DNA of 64,000 nt from Camelus dromedarius (Eukaryota), in contig NC_087437.1 of NCBI RefSeq assembly GCF_036321535.1, forward strand, positions 7,998,001-8,062,000. The letters run 5' to 3'. Shown piece by piece: positions 12,351 through 24,949 of this stretch. The notes beneath the pieces are model-generated. The model saw only the letters and a list, made by a program, of their open reading frames with translations. It did not search any database and was not told the DNA's origin. Numbering within the stretch: position 1 is the stretch's first letter; each line of letters opens with the position of its first letter. Made by a program: the position numbers and the translations under genes.

Positions 12351-13016
12351 AGTCAGTGCACTAATGATTCCTCTGCACATTTAGTTTACCCAAAGCCCTT
12401 CTCCAGGAGTACGGGTTTTGAAGCGAGGGTTGAGTTAACAACATTGCTTTTCTTGTTTAATGAACGACAGCCTAAGAAAACAACAAAAGAGTAAAATATG
12501 TGGATCATCTACCACTTTCCTTTCTGATTGATGTGAATTCCAGACATAGACTTGACAAGTAGAAATCAACATCTGATAAATACCAGACAAGCTGCCGTTT
12601 CTTTGGGGGAGGCTGTGCTTGCTAAAATAGCTAACAAGTTGAACATACCTTGTCTGTCAAATCCAGTTCATTTGTACAGAGTACAAAATTCACAAAATTG
12701 AAGCCTTTGACAAATTCATAAATTTGATCTACATGATACGAGGTCATTCAAAATATTACTTGGAAGGAACATACAATTGTATCCTGTGCTATAATTAAAA
12801 CCATGTAAATAGCACTAGGTATATATGGATATAAATTGATAGACACTATGAAAAATGAAGATCAATTGTTGATGAGTTTCTTTCATTTATAACATTTCCA
12901 TTATTATTTCTTTATAATAATTTTCCTTCAATACATTCCCTCTTTTTTTTTTATATGGTTTTGAATCTACTCCAGGCCCTTTCCCCTCTGACTTGAATTG
13001 AAAAAACTTCTAAAGA

Positions 13017-13140
13017 TAATAAATAATATGATTTGTTACTTATTAATATGATTATTGATTAATATGATTAATTAAATTTATTAATATGATTAACAAATAA
13101 CATGATTTATTACTTAATAATATGATTTGTTATTTATTAT
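13017..13140. repeat. AT-rich irregular tandem repeat
   Basis: About six copies of (t)aatatgatt, one with a mismatch, separated by variable spacers. Confidence 0.75.
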
Positions 13141-13994
13141 GTAAGGAATTTTTGTCTGAATTATTTCATAATGTCTTTTTAAAATTAGAATTAATTTAAT
13201 AAGTGCACTGAATAACAAGACCCACTACTTTGCCTCCATCCCCAACTTTTGCTTAGGTTTCAAGGACACATAACACACACACATCAATCCAATTACCCAC
13301 CCAGGCTTTTGGGTTTATAAATAAGCCTTTCAACCCCAAAATTAAAGCTGCTTATAATAGATTTCCTTCTGCATTGAGGTTGGGAGAAGTGCATATATAA
13401 CTAAATCTTAAAGAAAAAGTAACAAACACCCTTCGATGATGAGGCTGTGACTTTATGCATAGCAAGAAGGGGGGCTTTCTACAGCTCACACTTCTGTCCT
13501 AGGAAGACTGAAACCTATAGATTTTTTTTCTCACGGAGGCAAGTTCCCACTTTATAAATTTTTGTCACCCAACCCAAAAGTTTAGTGGAAAAGAAAGTAT
13601 ATAGTGTCCCATACTCTTAGTTCATACCTTGGAACATAGCTAATTTCATCATACTAAAATTTATTGTACGTATTTCTGTTTCCACCACAAAACTGAGAGT
13701 AATTTTAGAGAAATGATTTCTTGTATTTATAATTTTTTAAATGTTCCATTCTGTGCTTAATCTTTATTTTGAATTAGTGTATTTTTATTGTTATTTTTAT
13801 TTTTGGTTATTTTGGGGGGAGGGTAAACAAAGTTTATTCTAGGAAGAGCAACTCATTGTCTTGCATTTATAATTATACCCACATGCTTAGACTGGTGCCT
13901 GGCAGTATGAGCAGAGGTTGTTAAGTGAACACAGGCGACTACAAATAGAAATCGTGAGTTGTTAAGGCCCTGCCCAAAGATTAGTGATTAAAAT

Positions 13995-14215
13995 TAATGC
14001 TACTATTTACAAAGTTCCAAGAATTATGTTAAGCATTTTATATGCACCATTTTCTTGAATCCTCATCGCAACTGCATGAGGTTGGTATTATTACTTCCCT
14101 CATTTTGCAGATGAGGGAACTGAGTCCAAGAGGTAAATAACTTGTTCATGAATAGGAAGTGGTCTAGATTCAAACTCAAACATTTTGACTTCATTCTTAC
14201 CTAGTATTGTAAGCT
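13995..14215 (-). mobile_element. MIR SINE
   Basis: cattttgcagatgagggaactgagtccaagaggtaaataacttg. Confidence 0.85.
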
Positions 14216-14869
14216 GCCTACCTTTAGTGCTGAGGACAGCGTTCGCTGGGGAGAATATAGAATATTCTGTTTTCTCTTTATCTAGAAGAGGCACAAAGAA
14301 CAATAAGAAAACATATTCTCGGTCACTTCCTGGACTTCATGTTCTCAGCGCGTGTCCCATTTTGCGGTCATGAAGAATATAAAAGAAAGTCAATCCATAC
14401 AGCTCTGGGCTCAGGAAAGTCCTCTCGATCTTGCCTTCCTTTCTTCTGCTTTTGGTCAAGGTAGATAATGACTCTCCATCCTAACTCATACTTTTCACAT
14501 TGCTCCCAATTTTGACTCAATAAACCAGTTTCAGAGCCGCTTCTTTACTGATTCGGAAACCCGATAGGCCTGTGCACTGGTTACAGCTGGTGCTACAGCA
14601 GTAAGACCCTAGACTAGAGCCTGTGTTGAGCCCAGGGACTTGTAAATCACCACCTCTCTTACCCTGAACGCAGCCTGCAACACTTCCAGGGAAGGAAACC
14701 AACCATGTTCCAAGAACACCAGAATGTTCAAGTGACCAGCAACTCATTTGTGTTTTCTTTGACCCTTTCCGAATTTTATTCCTCACTTCTGAAGAACCAG
14801 TAATAATTCTTAAAAACTAAGTCAACCAGATAATTTGCATATACCAGCTCTTTGCTGCACCAAGTATAA

Positions 14870-14996
14870 ACTCCAAACCAGGGAACTTGTTAGAATGAAG
14901 ATTCTTGAACCCCACCCCAAACATATGGAATCATAATCTTCATTTTAGCAAGATCCCTAAGTGAGTTTTTACACATTAAAGTTTGAGAATCATTGC
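14870..14996. mobile_element. MER5A-like remnant
   Basis: gggaacttgttagaatg...cattttagcaagatccctaagtga...cacattaaagtttgagaatcattg. Confidence 0.75.
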
Positions 14997-16349
14997 AGTG
15001 GCTGATAATCTCTCTTTACTGAACTGCTCCAATATTTTCTGCATTCTTATTCTTATAAAATATGTTCTTACTCCTACATAATCCCTCTAGCTAGTTATTT
15101 CAAATATGTTCCTCTGTGTAACTGGGGGAAAAAATCCAGTAACACGAAGTGAAGTCACGTTCATCATAGTATCTAGATCTTTATTTATGTCCAGCTTGAG
15201 AAGTTTATTGAGTCAAGGATGCTATTTTGTGTTCTGGTCTTACTTTTCCTCACAGACAAAGCCTCCAAGGCCAAGAATGCATTGTATTAATCTTTGTGGC
15301 ACTGAAGGCTACCATAACATCTAGTACACAGTAGGTGACAAACAATATTTGCTGAAAAAAAGTATGGTCATTTTGCCTTGCATGTATTTATTTCTCTGAA
15401 TTAAAACCTTTGTAAGATTGCAGAACCCTGGGAAGTAGATGCCTTGTCTTACCCATCTTTGCTTCTTCTGGCGTCCAGCAGTGTACCTTACATGTAGTAG
15501 GTGCTTCATAAATATTTATTAAGTTGAACTGAATTGGTCATTGGGCATGAAAAACGACAGGTCATTTACCAGATTAGAGGATTTAATCTGAGAGTGAAGT
15601 TGAACGTGTCATCAGGTAAACAGGATGGAGAAAGCATCAATGAGAACAGAGCAGTTTTTGTCATTAAAATGTAATAGGATGAAATCTTGCCTGAGGGAAA
15701 AGAAAAGGATGGGACATTAATTTTTAGTGACTTAGTTCAGGATTATTTCTTGACTCAGATGTATTATGTAAACAATACAAACTCATCTTCTTTAAAAGAC
15801 AGTGTGATGTGGAAGTTTCATAGACATCTTCCTTTCTGTGTGAAGTGGAAGTAATGGTAACACATCTTGTGTAGGATGGTGTGAGAATCAAACAAGAGCC
15901 TATAGGTAAAGGGCTTAACACATTTCTTGACACAAATTAGGTGCTAAATAAATGTTAGTTTCCTTACTCTTCATTGGAGTAAATCAGATTGTTTATTATG
16001 CCTTGTTCATTTATTTATTTATTTCACATTTAGAGGAGATCCACTATGGGGTCAAAAAAAAAAAAAGATTTCAGGGAGAAATAGCACTTGTTTCAAGCCT
16101 TGAAGGACAAAGAAGATTTCAATGTACAAAAAAAAAAAAGCTGAGGCAGGTGGTGAATTCAGGTTGAGAACAGTACAGATAATAGCACAGAGTTAAGTAT
16201 GTTTAGAACACAAAGTCAGCTGGAGAACAGGAATAGAATTTGAAACTGAAAAACCAGTAGATAAAGACAAGAAAATGGACAGCTTTGAATGCCAAAATAA
16301 ATATTGGCTGTTGGAAAGCAGTGAAGAAATTTGGCATCACCATGGCTGT

Positions 16350-17260
16350 CTTCTGGTCCTCTTCTCATTCTACAGTCCTCTCTAGGTGATCTCATCTGTT
16401 CTTGCGTCATGGTGACAACCTGCATTACCTAAATCTACATCTTCAGCCCAGACCTCTTCCCTGAGTTGAGTCACACCATGCAACTGCCTGAGGACATCTC
16501 CATGAGGAAATATCACAGACACCTTTCAGCTCACCATGTACAATTAAACTCATCATCTGCCCACGTATTTCCCTGTGTCAGAATAATTCCATTATTATCC
16601 ACTCAATTCTTTAAGCCCAATATTTGATATGCATCCTTGACTTTTACACCTCCCTGATCTCTGTCCAGTCATAACATTCTTTAGAATCAAACGCCTAAAC
16701 ATCTCTTGAATCTTCTGATTCTCTCATCCTAGCTGAATCAACCCTAAGCCCAAGTCAATGTTGTCTCTCACCTGAATGAGTATAAAAGTCTCCTAACTGG
16801 TCCTCTGCTTCTACTTTTGCCCCCTCTCCAATTTATTGCCCAAAGAGAAACAAAGATGACTTTTTAAAAATGTAGTCTGAGCACATTACTCCCCTGTTTG
16901 AAACCCTTCAATGGATTCCCTGTTACACATGGAGCAAAATTCCTTCTCCTTAAGATGACTTGGAAGGCCCTGCACAATGTGGACCACGCTTATCTTCATC
17001 TTTATTTCGTGCCCCTTTTGCCTTTGATAACCTCACTCCAGTTCCATTTTTCCTAATGTCAGGGTTTTCAAACATGCGTTTTCCTCTTTGTGAAGGTCCC
17101 CCACCAGTGTGACTACCACTACCCCTTGTGCATCAAGTGTATAATGCCTTGTGCCATGTCTGTCCTCCTGGGAAGACTACAAGAGCAATCTCAGCCCTCT
17201 GCCTCAGTGCCTGGACAGTGCCTGGCAAATAGTGACTGTTCAATAAAGACATGAGTAAAG
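16350..17260 (+). mobile_element. L2 LINE 3' portion
   Basis: ctctaggtgatctcatc...cagcccagacctcttccctgag...aaaacccttcaatgg-like...cagtgcctggcaaatagtgactgttcaataaa. Confidence 0.85.
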
Positions 17261-18074
17261 AGGAGGGGCATAGTCAGAGCTATGGAAGAGCCTTCTGATG
17301 TCGGATGGGAGGTTGTCCTGGACAGTCCAGGGGGCGTATTCAGAAAGCTGTTTCTGAATTGGATCAGCACTCGGCCTGAATTAGATAAACAGGAAAGAAA
17401 AGAAGGTAATAATGAAAACTACGAATACCCAACCTAATATCCTGGAACTAAAATGAAAACTCATCACAGAGTATCTTTGCTTAAAAACATGAAATGGAAT
17501 AGAGGTACTGCCCTACATCTGGACTGCTTACAAGTGATCAGTTACTCTACCAGCTCCCCATGATTCGACAGTCCCCTGAGAAAGAGACCTCAAAACACAG
17601 CCTACGTATCAGGACTTTAGAAACCTATTCAATCTAAAACAACTACGTACAGGTGTCTTTTCACTGCCTTAGAAAATGGTCCAGAGAAGTTTTCAAAAGG
17701 CTCTTTAACCTGCCTCAAAAGGGAAATCTGGCCCTTTAGAACCACCATTATTTCCTATATCATATTTGATGTGAGTAAAACTAAAGAGAAATGTATCTAG
17801 TAATGTGAAGTAAACCCAACAGTATTGTTCAGTAAATATTCAGGATCATGTCCATTTTTAAAAGTTCATTTGTTACAGGAATATTTTTTGGTGGGTGTCT
17901 TTACAACCATGGGCACTGATCACTCTGTGAATGTATTACTATGTTATTTGAAGAAAAAGACATGCCATTGAATAAACTTTTGGTCAAATCCCAGCAAACT
18001 AAGAATTTGCTGATAAGCTGTTTTAAAATCATTTCAGTGCTTTGAGCTTCTATGGCTAAGTATATTTCTTAAAG

Positions 18075-18100
18075 TATATATATATATATATATATATATA
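18075..18100. repeat. (TA)n microsatellite
   Basis: Perfect TA run. Confidence 0.95.
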
Positions 18101-18384
18101 ATCAGAGTAAATAATAGATCTTTATTCTTATTGATTGCCCTGGACCCATCCATATCACTAAAGAATGATATTTTTAAACCAGGAAAAAGACAACCAAAAA
18201 TTTTTTAGACTTTCTGTGAGTTAGACTTGAAGGTAGTAATGGTGTTGAGCAAACAGTTACACAATGACCTTGGGTAAGTCACTTCTCTGCCTTAGTTGCC
18301 CCATCTTTCAAAAGAGAAAAGTAAACCAGGTGATCATTAAGGTCTCTTGCTCTTGGAAAAATATCTCACAGTCTAAAGAGAGAA

Positions 18385-18920
18385 GGAGACATTAAAAAAC
18401 AAATAACTGTCATACAATGTGATATGTACAACAATAAAACTGGGGTGGTGGCGGGGACTAGATACTACCTCTCCCTGCAGGTCTTGGGAAAGAAAGTCTT
18501 CAAAGGGAAAAAAAAGGTTCTTTAGCTGAAGTCTTGAAAGACAAATAGGAGTTGAATAGAACAACAAAAGTGGAAGAGACATGCCAGGCAAAAGAAAATC
18601 TGGGGAAAGACCTAGAGGCCTGAAAGATCAGGTGGTTCCATGAAACAGCAGGGGCTTTGTGGTAGCTGGAGAGAAGCATGCCAGTGATTGGGCCGCTGGA
18701 AGTGAGCTAGGCAAGCTAGGCTGGAACCTGGAGAGGTGATTTATATTGGGTAGAAACTGTGGTGGGCAGACTGGGCAGTGAGAGATTTTAAGGAAAAAAG
18801 AAATACAGAAAGTTTTTTTTAACTCTAGAGTAATAACAGAGGATGCAAAGAAGGTAGGAGGGAGCAGACACAGGAAGACCAGCCAAGGCTATTATTATTG
18901 TGAAGTTTTAAAATGATGAG
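18385..18920 (-). mobile_element. L2 fragment
   Basis: agctgaagtcttgaaagacaaataggagtt...ccaggcaaaagaaaatc...agagattttaagg. Confidence 0.55.
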
Positions 18921-19065
18921 TGGTATTGATAAGGGACAGGCATTTTTATTTTTTTCCCAAATAAATTTTATTACAAGTTTATGCACACACACATATACAA
19001 AAGCCATGAGGATTCCAGCTTTGATATTAATTTCCAATTGGTTGTATTGAGAAAGGCAGATATTT

Positions 19066-19728
19066 ATTTTTTTTATTGAAGTATAACCAGTTTACAATGT
19101 GTCAGTTTCTGGTGTACAGCATAATGCTTCAGTCATACATACACATACATATACTTGTTTTCAGATTCTTTTTCATTATAGGTTACTACAAGATATTGAA
19201 TATAGTTCTCTGTGCTATACAGAAGAAACTTGTTTATCTATTTTATATATAGTAGGTAGTATCTGCAAATCTCAACTGCCAATTTATCCCTTCCCACCCC
19301 CTTTTCCCACTGGTAACCATAAGTTTGTTTTCTATGTTTATGAGTCTGTTTCTATTTTATAAGTAAGTTCATTTGTCTTTTTTTTTTAGATTCATATGGT
19401 ATTCTTTCTCTTTCTGGCTTACTTTACTTACAGTGACGATCTCCAGGTCCATCCATGTTGCTGCAAATAGCATTATTTTATTCATTTTTATGGCTGAGTA
19501 GTATTCCATTATATATATATATATATATATATACACCATATATATACACTACAACTTCTTTATCGAGTCATCTGTCAACGGACATTTAGGTTGTTTCCAT
19601 ATCTTGGCTATTGTAAACAGTGCTGCTGTAAACATTGGGGTGCATATATCTTTTTGAATTAAAGTTCCCTTTTGGATATATGCCCAGGAGTGGGATTGCT
19701 GGATTATATGGTAAGTCTAAATTTTTAA
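19066..19728 (-). mobile_element. 5'-truncated L1 3' end
   Basis: T tract, then attgaagtataaccagtttacaatgtgtc...ccaggagtgggattgctggattatatggtaagtcta; internal (TA)n at about 19510-19545. Confidence 0.93.
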
Positions 19729-20431
19729 TAGCCCTTTTTAAACACCAGTAACAACAACAATGCAGTGCTTGCATTATGCTTTATTTCCCCCATAATATCA
19801 CCTTATATGGAAACTTAATGTGAGAAAAGAGATTGGTTTCTGAGAAATGATATAAAGCAACTTACAGAATATGAGTTCAGTGACTCAGGATGGTGAGGTA
19901 GAGACAACGTACTTCTCCTTGCCCTCTGGTTTTACCTGTTTACACATTTCCAGGTACTCTACATACATGTTTTACAACCTGCTTCCTTCTACAATCTTCA
20001 AAAAAATCTCTCTCCCACTTTGAGAACAGTTAAGTGCTTTTGTATTAAGAACACCAGATGCTAGTCCTAATGGAATCCCGGGCATCCTCGAAGCACTTGG
20101 GAGAATGAAGCAGGGGCATGGTTGGGGGGTGTGACCTCAGAAAACCAGGAAATGACTCTGGTCCTCCCCAGTGTCATTCAGTGCCCACAATAAAGAATGG
20201 ATGAGCCAGCACCTTCTTGCACTGCTGAGTGGGCTTCCAGGGAACGAAATGTCTCCTCCGACACCAAACCCCAAACCAATGAGAGGAGCAGTGCCTCTGG
20301 GGAAAGGCATTTTTAACACCTACACATACACCTATATTGTCAAGGCTGATAGGTGATCAGATGGGGTAGTTAAGGAGAGAGGGTAAAGCTGATGCTGACT
20401 TTCATAGGGAGAAAATACAACAAAAGTGCTA

Positions 20432-21068
20432 ACACACTGCTAGTAGGAATGTAAAATGGCATAACTGCCATGAAAAACAGTCTGGCATTTTCTCAAAAGA
20501 CTAAATACAGTTACCATATGATCCAGCAGTTCTATGCCTAAGTATATACCTAAGAAAAATGAGAACATATGCCTACCAAATAGTTCTACGAGAATTCTGG
20601 TAGCAATATTATTCCTAATAGCCAAAATATGGAAGTAGCCCAAATGCCTAAAAGCTGATGAACAAATAAATAAAATATGGTACATCCATACAATGGAATC
20701 TTATTTGGCAGTAAAAGGAATGAAGTACTGATGGTACAGGATGGGTGAACCTTGACTCATCATGCTAAGTGAATGCAGCCAGGCACAAGGGACTATATAT
20801 CGTATGGTCTTATTTATACGACGTGTTTAGAATAGGCAAATCCACTGAGATGGAAAGTATATGGGTGGTTCATAGAGCCGGGAAGTTGAGGAGAAGTGGA
20901 GAGTGACAGCTAATGAATAGGGTTTCTCTTTAATGATGAAAATAGTCTAAAATTGATTGTGGTAATGGCTGCCCAACTCTGTGAATATACTGAAAACCAC
21001 TGAATTGTCACTTTTAAATGGATGAATTATATGGTATATGAATTATATCTCAATGTAACTGTTATCTA
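20432..21068 (+). mobile_element. Old L1M (L1MB-like) 3' end
   Basis: gaatgtaaaatgg...ctgtgaatatactgaaaaccactgaattg...gaattatatctcaat; 10-bp TSD aaaagtgcta at 20422-20431 and 21069-21078. Confidence 0.88.
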
Positions 21069-21605
21069 AAAAGTGCTAGGGGGACCCATTCCCAACTGTA
21101 AGCTCCTTAAGGATAATAATCATGCCTCAGAGGTAGTAGGAACTCAAAAATATTTACTGAAGAGTGATCACATGGCTAGGTCAGAATCAAAGAGAAGACA
21201 ACAGCAATGCCAAGGATTGCAAAATCTTCTGGCCTTTGGTTGTGCACCTAGAATTAAGAGTGATCCAGAAAAATAACCAAATGATGGGCCTGTGATCTCT
21301 ATTCCTCCTCTCAGGTGTTAACCAGCATCAGGACATCCATGGCTTCCCTCATCAAATTATACGTAGAAAATGTTTCCCCAGACGTGCTCTTCTAATTGAA
21401 CCTGGTAACTAAACTCTGTTTCTCCTACAAGAATGGATGACTCTGGAGGACTGAACCAAGAGGTAAGAGAAAGTTGTGAAGGTTGGAATTGGGTCTTTTG
21501 TTTGTTTATTAATTGGTTGTTTGGTGATTGAGTTGGTTTGAATTGGTTTTTGGAGGCAATGAAAACCGTAACGGAAGATTTTAACTTTATAAGAATGTAG
21601 CTTGT

Positions 21606-21695
21606 ACTATACCTCAATAAAAAAAAATTTTTTTTAATAAATCTACCTCTTGCTAAGTGTGGAAAATAAAGGCCACTGTTCAGGAAAAAAAAAAA
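21606..21695 (+). mobile_element. Minimal L1 tail with 3'-transduced sequence
   Basis: 15-bp TSD aagaatgtagcttgt at 21591-21605 and 21696-21710; L1-terminus-like actatacctcaataaaaa, then unique DNA, AATAAA and poly(A). Confidence 0.85.
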
Positions 21696-22874
21696 AAGAA
21701 TGTAGCTTGTCCTTTCAGATACTGCTTAAGGTATAACTTTATTAATCAGTCCAGACGTTTTTTATTTAATTTCTTTGCGTGTTGTGCCTTGTTTTATCTT
21801 GCTTTCCTTGCTTTGTCTGGCCTGACCTGACTTGGTGTTGTACGTGTTTGCCTTTGTTAGCAGGAGTATTTACCAAGGTAGGCACTGGAATAGTGAGTCT
21901 AATATTTATGGGAAAACAAAATAAAACCAAATTTAGTTAATCCATAAATAACCTGTGTGTAAGAGGTGGGAGGAAAGGCATATACTTCCAGACATTCAAG
22001 ACATAATTTTGAGAAAATACTGAAAAGCAAACAATTACTAATATAACTAAGAAGTAAATCTGCCCCCCTTTCACCCCACATCAGTTTTCATTACTCTTGG
22101 TAATCTCCTATTTCACTAGAAAAGCCATAAGTTTAGGCAAGCTCTGGATAGTCTAAACAGGGAAGAACATTATTATAACCTGTAAACCTGGACCCCGGAA
22201 TAGAAACAGGGGGAGATTAGGTGAAAATGAATCATTTTCATCACACTCAATGCCTTGACAAAGTTATCCAGATATATTCTCGTTGCTGCCATTCAACACC
22301 AACTGTACTTTTTCCTTTAGTTTATCATCCATCTCTAGAGGAATGTGGCCCACAAAAAATCATTCCTTCCATTTGTCAACCATCTATGTAGAACTCATTA
22401 GAACCCACCACCGATTTTATCATTTAGATCTCCAAAAATAATCAACTCTATAATGAAACCCATTAAAGGCTGAGAAATTGACAAAATGTGATTATACAAC
22501 ATAACAAGCAGATCATACATGAGGCAAACCACATCCAACACGTTTACACACAGAATCCAAATAGATTTCTTCCTTATAAGAGTAGGAATATACTTTACCA
22601 TTTTCCAGGAGGGTGCAGAAATGTCAAAGTTTGAATATACATTTTCTAAATTCCAGGTCTCTTGCAAATATGTAATATTTAAGCCCGCAAGAAAAGTCAG
22701 CTTATTGCATTCCATCCTCAGGATCAGCTCCATCGTATCCTGTTGACTGAAATAAGAGACACTGGGAATCTATGCAGTGTAAAATAATGACATAATGCAA
22801 GATTTGTCTTTCATTAGGTGCCTTGCCAAGCTCTTTAAGGCTGTGTACTAAGTGTCTAGTAGAATAAAAAAAAA

Positions 22875-23082
22875 TAATACTAACAAATGCTTATTAGTAT
22901 TTACTTTGTGTCAGGCACTGTCCTAAGTATGCACTAGCTCATTTAACTCTTACAACAACCCTACATGGTAAATACCATTATTACACCTGTTCCATACTAA
23001 AGCACTGAGTCTGAGAGACACTGAGTAACTTGTCAGACACATACAACTCGTAACAGCAGTCTGGCTCAAGAGTCTGTACTTC
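22875..23082 (-). mobile_element. MIR SINE
   Basis: tttactttgtgtcaggcactgtcctaag...ctcatttaactcttacaacaaccct...gagtaacttgtc. Confidence 0.8.
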
Positions 23083-23087
23083 TTCCC

Positions 23088-23705
23088 GCCAACTTTATTC
23101 AGATATGATTGACATATAACATCATGTAAGTTTACTGTGTACTGTGTATTAATAGGTTACACTTACATATTGTAAAATGATTACATATTGACATCTCCAT
23201 CACATCACGCAATCCCAATTTCTTTTTTGTGGTGAGAACATTTAAGATCCACTTTTTTAGCAACTTTTAAGTGTATAATACAGTATTGTTAACTACAGTC
23301 TCCATGCTGTACATTAGATCCTTAGAACTTTCTCATATTATAATGGGAACTTTATACCCTTTGACTGACATCTTCCTACTTCCTCTACTCCCCAGCCCCT
23401 GGCAGCCACCATTGTACTCTCTGCTTTGTGAGTTTGGCTCTTTCAGTGTCCACGTATAGGGGACCATACAATATTTGTCTCTCTGTCTGATTTGTTACAC
23501 TTAGCATAACGTAATGCCCTCAAGGTCTATCCGTGTTGTTACAAATATCAGGATTTTTTTCTTTCTCATAGATGAATAATATTCCATCATATTCATATAT
23601 ATATGATGGTGTGTGTATATATATGTATGTATGTGTGTATATGTATATGTGTGTGTGTATATATATATATATAAATCTTCTTTATCCATTTATCCATAGA
23701 TACAC
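23088..23705 (-). mobile_element. L1 (L1MA-like) 3' end with internal (TA/TG)n
   Basis: ggtgagaacatttaagatc...tacattagatccttagaactt...cccagcccctggcagccacc...tttatccatttatccataga. Confidence 0.9.
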
Positions 23706-24458
23706 AGTCTGTAATTTTCATCATTACACAATACTATCTCAAAGTAGAGTGTGATCTATACAAGTGTCTAAGATCTGGACTCTTTTAGACTTTAGATACC
23801 TTAATTCTAATACAGCTCATTGCTACATAAAATAAACTTTGAGAATGTATATTAGATGATAATAACAATAAAAAATATTTACCATTAAATCCTTAAAATG
23901 TAATAGGCATTTTTTAAAACATTTTACATATAGTACCTCTTTTAATTTTAACAATATCCTGTAAAGTGGGAAAAAATCATCACCTCTATTTTCTATATGA
24001 AGAAATGGGACAAAGAAAAGTTGAATAATTTAACCTTTTTAACAATAATTTGATTTACAAATTTAAAATGTGAATATTTGGCTGAAAAAAATCTCAATAC
24101 AAACCTATCAAATCAAGTAAAAATATTCCAAATATTTATAATTTCCCATCAATCAAACTCTATGTTTATCTGAAATAGGGGAGAGTATGACCTATTATAT
24201 AAAATGTTCGTTGAGCAAATGCATTTACCAACCAGTTTTGCATGGAAAATCAAAGTTATTGATACATGCTCATTTCCTTAAACCCCTCTCCACATCTATG
24301 ATGGGAAGACAAGAATGAATAAATATTCAAGAAATATTTAATGATTTGTGTATCAGCATCTGCAGAAATTGGAGAAAGAAATGAGGTCTTCACATGTCGT
24401 AAGATTCATAAGTACCACCAACTTGCTCTTGCATCCCCTCCTTTCCAAATCTCTTTCA

Positions 24459-24496
24459 GTGCTGGTGGTATAGTGGTGAGCATAGCTGCCCTCCAA
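24459..24496 (+). pseudogene. 5'-half tRNA-Gly(TCC) retrocopy (tailless retropseudogene)
   Basis: gtgctggtggtatagtggtgagcatagctgccctccaa versus recalled tRNA-Gly-TCC 5' half GCGTTGGTGGTATAGTGGTGAGCATAGCTGCCTTCCAA; 17-bp direct repeats at 24444-24460 and 24492-24508. Confidence 0.88.
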
Positions 24497-24949
24497 ATCT
24501 CTTTCAGTATTACATCTATAGTATTTTTCTGCTCTGTGTAAATGACTGTGTGTTTTATGAGTTTATAAAATTCTCACAATGGCAGCTTACTCATTAATAC
24601 ACCCTCTGCTGGCTTCCTTCCCTCACCTGTCTAACTTCCCTACTTCCCTATTGGTGCTTTTTGGAATTACCTCCCAAATGAAATACTCTCGATATGCAGA
24701 TGCTCATCTCAGGGGGAAATCTAGCCTAAAACATTTTAATATAGACCTTATTTTATTAAATTGTCTTTGTTAATCTTATTTCACAGTCACCATTTTATCT
24801 CCAACGTCCTGCCTGAAATGTAATGATCTCTATCTAGATGGTTTCTAAATAAATGAATAAAAGAATAGAGGAATAAGTTTCAAACCAAGTCTCTTTGTAT
24901 CAGAATGTTCCTATATCATTAAGATCTGTTTCTGCCTCCACCAAAGTAC

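Noticed and set aside
14517..14786. Cys cluster YCCSTSCNQC as a Ly6/uPAR or defensin-like domain
   Set aside because: Spacing does not fit CCxxDxCN, the upstream cysteines are missing and no supporting exon structure is visible.
24459..24496. Functional tRNA gene
   Set aside because: The 3' half (B box/T arm and acceptor 3' strand) is absent.
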